DNA of 40,000 nt from an uncultured Candidatus Peribacteria bacterium (lineage in GTDB: Bacteria; Patescibacteriota; Gracilibacteria; BD1-5; UBA2023). The notes under the pieces were generated by a model. The model saw only the letters and a list, made by a program, of their open reading frames with translations. It was not told the origin of the DNA and searched no databases. The DNA is taken from NCBI GenBank assembly GCA_964644075.1, contig CAZXUQ010000003.1, positions 38,166 to 78,165 of the forward strand. Reading direction: 5' to 3'. Of this stretch, positions 39,993-40,000 are shown piece by piece. Every line of letters begins with the position of its first letter. Positions within the stretch are counted from its first letter, which is position 1. A program made the position numbers and the translations under genes.

Positions 39993-40000
39993 TAGATAGT

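Noticed and set aside
1-40000. Reading the many broken ORFs as pseudogenes or a decaying genome
   Set aside because: All interruptions are TGA only. The frames stay intact for up to 4.6 kb, conserved motifs continue across every break, and each gene still ends in TAA or TAG.
1-40000. Genetic code 4 (TGA=Trp, Mycoplasma-type)
   Set aside because: The TGA positions I could align by motif fall on glycines (Walker A, DFLGL, TIGFGD, ISGYGD and a poly-Gly run), not on tryptophans. TGG is used normally for Trp.
1-40000. Mobile elements, prophage, rRNA or tRNA genes
   Set aside because: I saw no transposase, integrase or phage-like ORF, and no terminal inverted repeats. None of the intergenic regions showed a cloverleaf-type GGTTCGAATCC T-arm or rRNA-like conserved blocks.

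Overview
This 40 kb window is a densely coding chromosomal segment of about 42 protein genes. I recognised no rRNA, tRNA, CRISPR array or transposase/integrase gene.

**Genetic code.** The track ORFs look fragmented because the organism reads TGA as a sense codon. Every break in a recognisable gene is TGA, never TAA or TAG. The TGA codons fall on conserved glycines:
- the YchF Walker A motif
- the DnaE DFLGL motif
- the K+ channel selectivity filter
- a response-regulator receiver domain
- a poly-Gly run

The best fit is genetic code 25 (UGA=Gly), as in Gracilibacteria/Absconditabacteria-type CPR bacteria. All coordinates below are re-derived by hand with TGA read through, and every CDS then ends in TAA or TAG.

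**Core genes.** ftsK-like (partial), ychF, dnaE, a DEAD-box helicase with an RGG tail, a GT4 glycosyltransferase, clpP, tyrS, mazG-like, cutA, lspA, AMMECR1-like, nth, ftsQ-like, rbfA, rluD-like, ndk, lepA, yhhQ, cofE-like, nrdB and yecM-like.

**Accessory and unusual content.**
- A 1546-aa secreted protein (18223-22863) with a beta-helix, a CBM-like domain and six cadherin-like repeats.
- An AT-rich signalling island (26450-32704). It holds a frameshifted EAL gene, a GNAT-like zinc-ribbon protein, a multi-TM histidine kinase, two OmpR-type regulators and a secreted CxxC-repeat protein resembling the ephrin-receptor-like/GCC2_GCC3 fold.
- A roughly 140 nt intergenic element present twice (13170-13310 and 31056-31203).
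- Two promoter-plus-terminator units with no convincing ORF (1153-1480 and 35374-35542).
- A 139-aa minimal K+ channel.
- Several hypothetical genes.

**Limits.** All calls rest on manual translation and remembered family motifs. No database search or computation was run.
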